From an uncultured Rivularia sp. (GTDB taxonomy: Bacteria > Cyanobacteriota > Cyanobacteriia > Cyanobacteriales > Nostocaceae), in the NCBI GenBank assembly GCA_963665115.1, contig OY762007.1, positions 2,816,001-2,880,000 of the forward strand: 64,000 nt of DNA, read 5' to 3'. Under the pieces are notes generated by a model. That model was not told the DNA's origin, searched no databases, and worked only from the letters and a program-made list of their open reading frames with translations. Position numbers and translations under genes: made by a program. Position 1 is the first letter of the stretch; the number at the start of each line of letters is the position of its first letter. Positions 1 to 10,407 of the stretch are shown piece by piece.

Positions 1-366
1 TAATTGTTAGTTGTTAGTGGCTAGTTGTTAGTGGTTAATTTTCAGTTCGATGATGCGAGAAAACTATTTATCAACTAGAAACCCGCTTTTTCGGAAAAAC
101 CAGGTTTATCAATACTTAATTATTTTTCTATTTTTAAGTTTAAATTATTACCAATGACTGAATAAAATATTTATATTGAAAACCGTAAATTGAATATATA
201 AATGATTTGTAACTATTATTTAAAATTTACTTACAGATAAAATTATAATTTCTGAAGCTAAAAAAATCTTTGAAATGATAATTAAATCATAATTTCCGAT
301 TCGGAAATTTTTTGTTTGGTGCGGCGATGTTAAAGAGATGTAGCAATACGCCCCGTCTTTACATTA

Positions 367-477
367 TTATTTATGGTTTTTAGCATCCAAAAATTTAAGT
401 TGCCGATCCAAACATTCAATTTGCGGTAAGTTAACACCTTTTTCTTGGGCTTTTCGTAGGGGATTACCAAAAACAAT
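367..477 (-). pseudogene. 3' fragment resembling the C-terminus of cyanobacterial 2-dehydropantoate 2-reductase (PanE family)
   Basis: Manual minus-strand translation IVFGNPLRKAQEKGVNLPQIECLDRQLKFLDAKNHK* resembles my recollection of the PanE/ApbA C-terminal helices; the N-terminal part is absent. Confidence 0.5.
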
Positions 478-548
478 ATATACCTGCGCTTTTACAGGGT
501 AAATATGAATTTTCTGTTTTTCATTGATAATTGATAATTGATAACTGC

Positions 549-755
549 TTACTGCTCGCTGTCTTGTAGAGTTTCAATCGTTAAATCTACCTGTTGCTGT
601 CGCTGCTGTAGAAAACTTTCGCATTCGCGTAAAGATTTTACAGCTGTGCCAAATTGTTCAAATACTTCTTCTAGCTGCAATTCTCCTGCTTCAATACGAG
701 ATATTATGGTTTCGATTTCTGCGACTTTGGTTTCGTAATTCCATTTTTTTTTCAT
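549..755 (-). CDS. xseB: Exodeoxyribonuclease VII small subunit
   Basis: 68 aa with the [20 protein letters not shown]...F..AV..LRECE..L pattern; downstream of xseA. Confidence 0.92.
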   Translation of the reverse strand: MKKKWNYETKVAEIETIISRIEAGELQLEEVFEQFGTAVKSLRECESFLQQRQQQVDLTIETLQDSEQ

Positions 756-791
756 AATTGTTTTTTCTTGTTAGAAGAAGGATTAAATATA

Positions 792-902
792 CTAGTACCG
801 CTGCGCGGAAGTAAAAAGTCAAAAGTAAGAAGTAAAAAGTATTATATGATAAGGCTTTCAAACTTTTTAAATGGGTGCTTTATTTACGCCGTACTGTACT
901 AG
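792..902. repeat. MITE-like dispersed repeat with CTAGTAC...GTACTAG ends and internal AAAAGT(C/A) heptamers
   Basis: Terminal inverted CTAGTAC (792-798) and GTACTAG (896-902); internal gtaaaaagtcaaaagtaagaagtaaaaagt. Confidence 0.6.
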
Positions 903-1087
903 GGAATGAAATTAAAACTATTTCAACTATGTAAGTAGGTAGAAAAATGCGTAACAGCTGACTACAAACATTTTTTTAAATAAGTAATAACGGCAAACTG
1001 GATATTAATTGTTTTATGGCATTTCAACCATCAAATCAACTTGTTGCTGTTGATTCTTGTGTAAGTGATGAACCGCACCTCCGGTGA

Positions 1088-2327
1088 TTATTTATCCTCG
1101 GTTTGCGCGTCATCAAGAAAGCCCTCAAATAATTTTAGATCAAATTGTTCTTTAGCAACTGCCTTGCCAATTTGACTTAATTCCTCGATTTGATCGATGC
1201 AATCCATCCCCTCAACCTTTTTTGGATCTATATCATTAGGTAAACCATATTTTTCAAGTTGTTTAAAGCGCCATTCCTCAAATGAGGTTGTAAATCGGCA
1301 ATAGGTAAGAAGTTTTTGATCGAAAAGGACTTTTTCTTGTTTTTCCTTTGGACTATCTTCATCTCCTTTCTTTCTTTGCTCGCTAATCAATTTTAGAAGC
1401 AAATTCTGTTCGACATTAGCATCTTCCATCAAGTCACTAATTGTATACTTTGCCCAATTAAGATTATTGTATGTACTTGCCTTTTGGAAAGGAATTTTTG
1501 AAGTCTTAAATCCAGTTCCTATAGACACTAACAAAATCTTATCGCTACCGGAATCCCAACTCAAACCAAATTCCGGTAAAACTGACATTAGAAACAGTTG
1601 AAACGAAGAATTATTGAATGAACTAACGCCACCATCAATAAATTCATAAGATTTTTCCTTCACTTTAAAACTATGTGGAGGGAAAAACGTAGGTGCGGCA
1701 CTACTAGCACGCACAATATGCCAAAGTGGAATTGTACCCTCTGTTTCAAATTCCAAGTAAGGATTTTTTTTGATTGGGTTATAAGGCTGCCTCTTGGTGT
1801 TGTTTACAAAAAAACAAGGCTTCCCCGTAGTCACATTTTTGGTTACAACCAAAAGATTTGTTTTTAGCTCATCAGACCCCAAGAGTCAATGGCTGCCGCT
1901 GAGTATCAACAAAAACGTTTTGTAACTCTTTTTCCAGGTTTTTCGCCGTGTATTGATTTAGTAGTGCTGCAAGAAGCTTTTCCTTACCAGGTATTCCATT
2001 AAGCAGCCATAAAGGAACCTTATGTAGCGGGTTTTTAGAATCTAGCCCATCCAAAAGCTGCTTCCAACTATGCTGCTCTTTTGTAAAAATTTCTTTACCT
2101 TTCTCTTTATAAATTGAGAGTAGTTCTTCAGCAGACTTCCCAGCCGCTAATCCTGTTGCTAATATTGAACCCGTACTTGTACCGCTGATAAAATCAAAGT
2201 AATCGCTGAGGCGCTGAAATTTAGGATTATGTTGCTTTAGAGTCTGTTCAATTTTCAACAATATTTCGGCAGCAATTATGCCACGAATACCACCACCATC
2301 AATAGAAAGTAACCGTTTTACTGGCAT
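1088..2327 (-). CDS. Patatin-like phospholipase (split by +1 frameshift at ~1877-1880)
   Basis: DGGGIRG, GTSTG nucleophile elbow, ASSAAP and DGG motifs are spread over two overlapping ORFs; removing one G from GGGG joins them as LTLGSDELK. Confidence 0.9.
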
Positions 2328-2430
2328 TGATTTCTTAACTCCTACTGGTCGAATGATAATTTTACTCTATACCATTTTTTGCGCTTAAATAATACATCTT
2401 TTCCCTGATAATATTTTTTATTTTGTGTCT

Positions 2431-3663
2431 TCAATTTTTAATTTCAATAACTTTTACTTTCGCTGCACCTTGACTCAACTGAATTAATAATTCTTCTCCG
2501 ATTTCTAATTCCGAAGCATCGCGGGCAATACTTCCATTTTCTTGTCTGACTACTGCATAGCCGCGTTGCAATACTGCTGTGGGATTTAAAGTTATCAATT
2601 TTTGTCGCAATAATTCTAAATGCTGCTTTGATTGTTGCGATTTGGAATTCATTGCCTGCACAAGTTTTTCGCGTTTCCAAGCTAAAGTCTGCATTTCTTG
2701 TTCGACTTTTTTATCTAATTGATATCGCTGCAAACGATTTCGCAATGTTTGTATTTTATTCTGGGCAGTTTTCACCGAATCATTAACTACTTCAGATAAA
2801 ACTGCAATTCTATCGCAATGCTGATTGTACAAATCATTTAATGATGGTACTACTATTTCTGCTGCTGCTGTAGGAGTATGCACGCTTTCATCTGCTGCTA
2901 AATCGGCTAAAGATTCGTCGCGCTGATGTCCGATACCCGTAATTATCGGAATCGAACAATCGGCGATCGCCCTTATTACTCTTTCGTCGTTAAAGCAGGA
3001 TAATTCTTCTACCGCACCTCCTCCACGCCCTAATATCAAGACTTCCGCGCGTCCATCTTTTTCTACTCTTTGAATTGCTTTGGCTATAGAATTCGGCGCT
3101 TGCTCTCCCTGCACCGTCGCGGGTGAAAACAAAACCTGTAATCCGGGATACCGGATTTTAAGTGTTTTCCGAATATCACCCCAAGCCGCAGCAGTTGGTG
3201 AAGTGACAACGGCGATGGTTTGCGGATGAGCGGGAAGCGGCTGTTTTCTTTCTTCGTCAAATAAACCTTCTGCTGTCAAACGGTTTTTTAATTGCTGGAA
3301 ACGTAAAGCCTGCAAACCAACACCGGCGGGTATCGCTTGCCATACGCTTAACTGATATTCTCCCCGCGCCGGATACAGTCGAATGCTGCCTAAAACTATT
3401 ATTTGCTCGCCAACAGTCGGCATTTGAGCAAGTTTTGGTATTTGACTTTTCCAAGTAATACATTTAATAGAAGCATTACCATCCGTATCTTTTAAAGTAA
3501 AAAATAATCCCGCACGATGGTTATTGGCGCTAGAAACTTCACCAGTTACCCAAACTTGTCGCAATACAGAATCTTCTTCTAATAAAAGTTGGATATAGTC
3601 AGTTAAACCAGCAATTGAAAGCGCCGAATCGGGAATTAAAGATTTTTTTTGTTCGGAATTCAT
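2431..3663 (-). CDS. xseA: Exodeoxyribonuclease VII large subunit
   Basis: OB-fold VWVTGEVS, RGGG..EEL..FNDE and GIGHQRD..LAD.AAD...TPTAAAE motifs. Confidence 0.96.
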   Translation of the reverse strand: MNSEQKKSLIPDSALSIAGLTDYIQLLLEEDSVLRQVWVTGEVSSANNHRAGLFFTLKDTDGNASIKCITWKSQIPKLAQMPTVGEQIIVLGSIRLYPARGEYQLSVWQAIPAGVGLQALRFQQLKNRLTAEGLFDEERKQPLPAHPQTIAVVTSPTAAAWGDIRKTLKIRYPGLQVLFSPATVQGEQAPNSIAKAIQRVEKDGRAEVLILGRGGGAVEELSCFNDERVIRAIADCSIPIITGIGHQRDESLADLAADESVHTPTAAAEIVVPSLNDLYNQHCDRIAVLSEVVNDSVKTAQNKIQTLRNRLQRYQLDKKVEQEMQTLAWKREKLVQAMNSKSQQSKQHLELLRQKLITLNPTAVLQRGYAVVRQENGSIARDASELEIGEELLIQLSQGAAKVKVIEIKN

Positions 3664-4659
3664 TTTTTCAGTTAACAGTGAGCAGTGAGCAGTTAACAGT
3701 TATCAATTATTTGTTGATAAGTCTATAAATTAACGGTTGGGTAGTCGGAATCGAATTTGCGATGTTGTTGGTGATTTATACGGCAAATAATAAATTTATC
3801 TAATTTTCCCCGTGGGTTTAAGCATCCTACGGAAGATTTTATGCTTTTTTGCACGCGACTTGTGTAAAGCCCTGCTTTTTATGGGGATCTTAACGGCTGA
3901 AATGCTTGATTTATTGTTACGGTTGCGTAAATCCTGTTGCAGATAAATTTTTAATTATCTGACGGACAGTTTTTAAAGTAAATTCACTAATAATAATAAA
4001 ATGATTCAATACATTTTATACTTAATACCTTGCGTCGTTATTTGAATATTGCAGGTTTGAGAAAGTACAAATTTTTTTATTCCTTTAATGCGTTTCACAG
4101 TTACTAAAACGCGATATTTATTGCTATTGATAAATCACTTTAATAAAATTTTGGAATTGACTTAAATATATAAATACATGACTTCAATGTAAAAAAATAT
4201 ACATGAATACATATGTTGCTATTTTTTACGTAAGAACATTTCCTGAAAAGGTTGTTGAAAATTTTACTGTCACTTTATTTTTATTTTGTAAAAACAAAAG
4301 CATTATTGAATTACTTTCAAATGAAATTTTTGTTTTGAAATCTTTATAAATTAAGGATTTCAAGGATGTCTTTTACCATAGGAATATTTATGACTTCTTG
4401 CCGAGTAACAGATTGTTCGTCTTTGTTAACGCTTTTGTATCGCTCTATAGCAAAGCCTGCTGCCGTTATCGCATATCAAGAATTAGTTCATTATTTGAGC
4501 GTTGCGCCAACCATTCTATCTCTTCTACTATCCCAAAAGAATCGAAGCGCTCAAAAATAGAATTTAAACAACACTAATTTAATAACACTACAAATAATTT
4601 GTTATCCGATATCTTGACAATATACGTTGGAAGTTATTGGAACACAAAGCGAGGAAAAT

Positions 4660-4797
4660 ATGTTTGAGAAAATAAACACACCTAAAGTGGGTGGCTACAC
4701 TGTCAATGGCGATCGCCAAGGGCTAGTTACTGTTAGGGGAATTGATAGTGGCAAAGGAAGTGATAATCTTTATAACTTTATTGAATATCTGAGGTAA
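4660..4797 (+). CDS. Possible small protein or gene remnant (45 aa), not in the ORF track
   Basis: GAGGA RBS then ATG; MFEKINTPKVGGYTVNGDRQGLVTVRGIDSGKGSDNLYNFIEYLR*. Confidence 0.3.
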   Translation: MFEKINTPKVGGYTVNGDRQGLVTVRGIDSGKGSDNLYNFIEYLR

Positions 4798-5266
4798 TCT
4801 ACCGTGATTATAGGTGATGAATAAATCTTAATATGTAGTATTGAGTACTACGCGATGTTGCACATATACTCTAAATATTTAGGGGATGTTAAGAGCTTGA
4901 TGAATTTTGTGTAAGGTGGTTGTGCAATTACTTAAATAATTTTATGTTGATTATATCGGTTTTAATTAAGATAGTAATTGTCAGCATAAACACCGAGGAT
5001 AATTTTCTCAACATCCTTATAAACTAAGTTTTCATTTATATGAAATACTTATCAGTATTTAAAATAATTATTGATAGTAGTATCTTGTCGCTATTAATTA
5101 TTAATCAGTAAATACAACTGCAATTTTTTCTTCTAAATACAAGTACATTTAGGTGAAACATTTAATAAGTGAGGGATAGTGATGTGTCGCACTCTGGTTT
5201 ACCCATCTGTATTGCGATTACAATTGTTAGTGATTGCGTAAAATAAGTTATTAAGCGGATAAAATA

Positions 5267-6374
5267 ATGGCATCTTCTGAATCAAATAATAGCAACAAAA
5301 TTGAAGCAAATGGCATCCATATGGAAATTCTGGAGCCAAACTTTATAGTCCTACCTATTCCTGACAAAATAACGGGTATTAATACTTGTTTACAAATTCA
5401 TGTAACTATTACTAACAATATACTAGAACTTTTTCCCTTCATTTATGACCTTTTAATACCAGAATTATTAGTACCAGGAGGACAAGTACTACATCCACAA
5501 AAACTAATAAATAGGCAAGCTACTCCAAATCAATACAACGGCATGGGAATTCCCCATAAAAAGACTTTGAGTTGCTATTTGATTGCAAAGATTTCTTGGC
5601 ACAACAACTTGCTGAAACTTCAAGCGGCTATCTCAAATTCATCCCAGGTTTCTATAGTTCCTGACTATCTTTGGTCTTTTGAGGCTCTACAACTAGGAAC
5701 ATATCAATTAAGATTTACCTACTTAAGTCCTGAGAGAGAATTCTTATTTTTTGACGCAAAGAACATGGAAGTTAGCCAAGTACAAACCTCCATAACAAAT
5801 CTGCTAGCGACTTCTTGGGTAAACCTTCAACTTATTAAACCTGTAGAATCTAACAAAAATGGAGTGCAAGTGGATGGCATTCGCTTTGAAACTGTAGTGC
5901 CACAAAAAAGATGGAATATCTCATGTTCTGAGCTATCTGATAGCAGTTCTCCTATACAAATTGGGATTAACATCACTAATAACACATCAATCGAGAAGCG
6001 TTTTTGCTCATTTAATACGCTAATGCCAACACTCATGGGAGCAGATGGTTTTATACTAGGGCGCAATCTTGGGGGCGGCAGCACTGGGTGGGGTCAGTCC
6101 TAGCGAATCCGATTTTTACTCGGTCAGCAGCGGAGAAAGCCTAACTTTTTTCGTTAGTGTACACATTGAGAAAGGAAGGGATGGGTTATTTAATCTAATA
6201 GTTAATGGTACGGGCTATGGCTATTGGTTACTTACTGATTTAAAGCGGGGTATTTATCATGTTCGATTGACATACAGAGCGTTGACAAATCTATATGATA
6301 TGGAATTGTTTGGAGATTTCTGGAGAGGTGCGGTACATACACCCTTTGTAGAATTTTGTTCAATTAAACCTTGA
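5267..6374 (+). CDS. Hypothetical two-domain protein (internal duplication), split by +1 frameshift at ~6090-6093
   Basis: Two similar halves (E.NGI.ME...I.V.ITNN...LGTYQLRFTY and VDGIRFE...IGINITNN...GIYHVRLTY); removing one G gives TGWVSPSES. Confidence 0.7.
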
Positions 6375-6461
6375 AGTGGATTGCATTTACAAATGCCATC
6401 CATCTCTAAATCTGTCATAAAGACGTTTTTTGCTGCTTGAATCTTAAGGAAATTATATCAA

Positions 6462-8102
6462 ATGTCATCACAAAAATACTTTTTCAGTTTACTAACAACA
6501 ACTCTGCTATTTACGCTTACAGGTCAGTCTAGTTTGGCGTTCACTATTACACCAGATCAAACACAACGAATAAAAGACAGCGACGGAACTTATAAGTACG
6601 AGGATTATTATGAATTACGTCAGGGCGTTACTAGATTAGATGCGTGGCCAGATTTGAATCCGGACACACCGTTTCCACCAGATCCACGCCGGAACCTTAA
6701 TCAAGGGCAAGTGGTTGAGATAAGACCAGGTGGAACGGATGCTTTGCTAGGTTTGCTAGATCAAAGATTTGGAAATTTCTGGGAGTTTGTGCCGAAAGGC
6801 GATTTGGCAGGTAGTTTTAATGTCGAGAACTATTTTGCCTGCGGTTCGGACTTTCGTTGCGAGAATGATGGAAGGGGAGTATCTAACGCAGTTGGAGCTT
6901 TTCTGAAATTAAATTATATTCCTGGAGAAGGCGATCCTACTGGTAATACAGTCCACTGGATTCAGCGGGTACAAAGTAATTATGATATTAACGAAAATTA
7001 CGAAGTCATAGATGATCAAGTTCCTAAAGACAGACTCGATATTCGTCCAGGCGCTACAAGTCCATACTTTGATGAGTCCTATCCCGGTTCTGGAACGAAC
7101 TCAACTAGATTCATTGATCTACCACATCTCCAAGCTCCCTTTAATAGGACAAACCATTACTTTTATGCTGAAAACTATTTAGTTAACGAGGTTCCAGGCG
7201 GGACTACAGATCCACAAACAGGGGTAGTTAAAAGGAAGGTTGAAATTTACAATGGGGTGAGATGGGGTTGGGAGAACACTTTTACACCTCGCGGATACTA
7301 CACAGACATAATTGGTGGTGGAATTGGAGGGTCTCCAAGTGGATATTATCCTAATGATGATGGGACTTTTGGTTCTTACCCTTTGGGCTTTTCATTGCCC
7401 TTTTTTGGCAACACATATGACAGTTTCTACATAAATAACAACGGCAATATTTCTTTTGGTAGCCCGATTAGTGCATACACCCCAGACTCAGGAGAAACAC
7501 AAGATTCTGCTCCGATGATTGCTCCTTACTGGGCAGATGTAGATACCCGTGGTACCGGAACTATTGCACTGCGGACAGATATTCCCAACCAAGTCATTGT
7601 TACATGGGATAAAGTGGGATATTACAACCAGCACACAGACAAAACAGCCTCCTTCCAGCTAGTCTTACGTGGTCCTAATTACCCTACTCCTCTAGGTGAA
7701 GGAAATGTTGGCTTCTTTTATAAGGATGTCGAATGGGAAACAGGTGATGCAAGTGGTGGTACAGGTGGATTTGGTGGTACTGAGGCAGCAGTCGGCTTTA
7801 GCGATGGATTATCAAGCATAAATTCAGGTGAATTTACTCTCTCAGGCTCGCAACAACCAGGCATCAATCGGATTGTTAACGATTACTCTTCCTGGTTGAA
7901 TTTGCCCACTAGTGATGGTGATGAAGGCGGTTGTACTGGTGGAAGTGGTGGAGGCGGTTGTAGTTCTAACCCTGGCGGCGGTGGCTTAGGGTACTCTTAT
8001 CAAAAATATAAATCTGTCCCCGAATCTACATCGACATTAGGTATGTTGGTACTCTCCGCATGGGGTATAGTGAAAACTCTAAAACTTAGAAAAAACAAAT
8101 AA
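6462..8102 (+). CDS. Secreted PEP-CTERM protein with nidogen-like (NIDO) domain
   Basis: Signal peptide; NIDO-type FFGNTY..FYINNNGNISF, IAPYWADVDTR and TFQL-like motifs; C-terminal VPESTSTLGMLVLSAWG + basic tail. Confidence 0.85.
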   Translation: MSSQKYFFSLLTTTLLFTLTGQSSLAFTITPDQTQRIKDSDGTYKYEDYYELRQGVTRLDAWPDLNPDTPFPPDPRRNLNQGQVVEIRPGGTDALLGLLDQRFGNFWEFVPKGDLAGSFNVENYFACGSDFRCENDGRGVSNAVGAFLKLNYIPGEGDPTGNTVHWIQRVQSNYDINENYEVIDDQVPKDRLDIRPGATSPYFDESYPGSGTNSTRFIDLPHLQAPFNRTNHYFYAENYLVNEVPGGTTDPQTGVVKRKVEIYNGVRWGWENTFTPRGYYTDIIGGGIGGSPSGYYPNDDGTFGSYPLGFSLPFFGNTYDSFYINNNGNISFGSPISAYTPDSGETQDSAPMIAPYWADVDTRGTGTIALRTDIPNQVIVTWDKVGYYNQHTDKTASFQLVLRGPNYPTPLGEGNVGFFYKDVEWETGDASGGTGGFGGTEAAVGFSDGLSSINSGEFTLSGSQQPGINRIVNDYSSWLNLPTSDGDEGGCTGGSGGGGCSSNPGGGGLGYSYQKYKSVPESTSTLGMLVLSAWGIVKTLKLRKNK

Positions 8103-8104
8103 CT

Positions 8105-9430
8105 GTGAAGCACCTGTACGCAGTGCTATTTTCCCTCAGCATCATTCTTATCAACCCAATTGGAAGGATGCGAGGGGAAATTTGGACTCAACCAAAAGTA
8201 TTCGTTATCCTAATAATCTGCATATTCAACGTTCTGATTTTGTGGGAAGAAAGAGACTCTCTAAACATTCCTCAATGCTGGAAGATTAACAGATTACTAT
8301 GGGAAATATTTCTCGGAATCGGACTAATATCAACTATAAATAGTCCTTTTCCGTTTCGTTCCTTATTTGCTCAAGAACAAATGGGTGATGGTTTGCTCTA
8401 CTGGCTGCTAATTGCAATCTTCACCCTCAGCAACAATTTACTATTAAGACTGCACCCAGAATTATTTAGTTCTCAATTACAAGGTTTAATAATTGGCGGG
8501 ATAATTCTTGCTTTAAGTATATTCCCTCAAGCAATTAACTGGCGAATTGACTACACCGCTACATCGGGACAATTATTTCAAAGTCATATTTTAGCCAGCA
8601 CTATCTTCAAAAACCATCAACCAATAGGATTATACTCCCATCGCGGTCATGCATCGTTTGTTTTAGCAGCTTGCTCAATTATTACTTTAATTGGTTGGCA
8701 AAAGAAAATCATAAATCAGCGAAATGCGATTATCGCTTTAACGTTAATTATCCCAGCACTATTATTAACTCAAACTCGTGCGGGAATAATCGCTTTTATA
8801 ATCGGGTTTGTTTATTGGGTTTACCAATCTGGGTTTAAAAACCGTCATCGCAACAAAATTATAGTTTGTGCTTGTTTAGTATCCTTATTATTCGTAGGTG
8901 CGGTTTCCGGTACTCGTCAACTTGCATTTAGCGATCGATCCAACTTTGATAAAACCACAGTATTAATCAAATATATTTCATCCGATAGAGAAATGCTTTG
9001 GGAACGAGCGATACGTGGAATTTCAATGCGTCCTTTGTTTGGATGGGGTATGAATGGTTTTGGTACGGTTTATCCCTACATTCATCATGGTGAACCAGTA
9101 GATAAAGTTCTACGTTTGGGTGACTTTAGTTATGACTACGAAAATAAAAATGGAGAAATAAAAAGAAAACAATTACCAACAGTTAAAGCACATAATTTAA
9201 TTTTGGATACTACTTTATCAGTAGGTCTTTTAGGTTTAATATCTTATTCAACACTTTTCGCATTCTGTTTTTGGCAGCTTATTAAATCGCCTTACCGTGG
9301 CGTTGAAGCAGTATTAATTGTTTATCTCGCTTTTACATTAATTTGGTTTGAATGCGCTCAATTTACTCATATTGCTTGGTGGGTGTTTAGTTTGTCAGCG
9401 CACGAGCGTCAAAGTGAAAAAACTATATGA
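8105..9430 (+). CDS. O-antigen ligase family (Wzy_C) membrane protein
   Basis: Multi-TM; TQTRAG, RPLFGWG and KAHNLILD motifs. Confidence 0.85.
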   Translation: MKHLYAVLFSLSIILINPIGRMRGEIWTQPKVFVILIICIFNVLILWEERDSLNIPQCWKINRLLWEIFLGIGLISTINSPFPFRSLFAQEQMGDGLLYWLLIAIFTLSNNLLLRLHPELFSSQLQGLIIGGIILALSIFPQAINWRIDYTATSGQLFQSHILASTIFKNHQPIGLYSHRGHASFVLAACSIITLIGWQKKIINQRNAIIALTLIIPALLLTQTRAGIIAFIIGFVYWVYQSGFKNRHRNKIIVCACLVSLLFVGAVSGTRQLAFSDRSNFDKTTVLIKYISSDREMLWERAIRGISMRPLFGWGMNGFGTVYPYIHHGEPVDKVLRLGDFSYDYENKNGEIKRKQLPTVKAHNLILDTTLSVGLLGLISYSTLFAFCFWQLIKSPYRGVEAVLIVYLAFTLIWFECAQFTHIAWWVFSLSAHERQSEKTI

Positions 9431-9753
9431 CATCTTCCGAATTAAATAATCATGCCATTAAACTTTATTAACCGAATAAAACTACCATATCAAGTTCGGA
9501 TAATTACTTATAATACACAAAAAGTATTAGCCTTTAACCCTTCTTGTCGGAGGCGAGTACAGCGCTACGACAAAAATATTTTTATTCCCGCAATAGTATT
9601 AATTTTTATTACTTAACGTGATATTATCTTCTGTCCCTGAGAAGCCCACACTTACTCGCAAGATAAGTCAAGGTACTGCTTTCGGTAACTGCGGAACTTA
9701 CTGTATTTATTAAATTTACAGTTATAATTGCCATCTAAATATAATTTATTACC

Positions 9754-10407
9754 TTGACTATGCTGTTTAACTCAGCGAATATGCCCTACTGGATACTTTT
9801 GGGCATGGGAGTTTTATTGTTTCTATTTGTAATTATCTCTGGTGGTGGAGATGATGATATTGATGTTGATACTGATACCGACTTCGATCTAAGCGGGTTG
9901 GCGCTGGGATGGATGGGGATTGGTAAAGCGCCCTTAATTTTGCTGCTGGCAACCGATTTAAGTTTATGGGGCTTGTTTGGCTGGATGTTTAATGTTTGGC
10001 TGGGAGAATTTACCGATCGAGTTCCTAGTGGCGTATGGATTTTTATTGTGTTAATTTTATCGCTGGTTGCCAGTTTATTTACAGGGGGACTGATTGCCCG
10101 ACCAATCGGAAAAATTTTTGCAGAATTTGGTGAAGATACCAGCAGCGACCGCTTAATTGGTCGTCATGGTACCGTTAGCTCTGCAACTATCCCTGTAGAA
10201 AAAAGAGGTCGAATCGGTCAAGTTGATATCATCGATAAGTCTGGAAACTTGGTGACTATTAATGCCACCGTCCCGGAATGGGCAACAGTAATTCCCCGTC
10301 ACGGTGAAAAAGTTATTGCGATCGAGAGACAACAAGATGTTTATTTGGCGATCGCTAAAGACAGTCCAGATATAGATCGCTGGCTCAAAGTTACAAACAA
10401 AAAATAA
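9754..10407 (+). CDS. YqiJ/DUF1449-like (NfeD-type OB-fold) flotillin partner
   Basis: N-terminal TMs, acidic DxD stretch, C-terminal OB-like region; directly upstream of flotillin. Confidence 0.8.
   Translation: MTMLFNSANMPYWILLGMGVLLFLFVIISGGGDDDIDVDTDTDFDLSGLALGWMGIGKAPLILLLATDLSLWGLFGWMFNVWLGEFTDRVPSGVWIFIVLILSLVASLFTGGLIARPIGKIFAEFGEDTSSDRLIGRHGTVSSATIPVEKRGRIGQVDIIDKSGNLVTINATVPEWATVIPRHGEKVIAIERQQDVYLAIAKDSPDIDRWLKVTNKK

Noticed and set aside
1088..2327. Patatin as part of a CBASS defence system
   Set aside because: No CD-NTase or Cap2/Cap3 genes are adjacent
4366..4560. 64-aa ORF in the long spacer
   Set aside because: No recognisable motif or homology cue; cannot be supported
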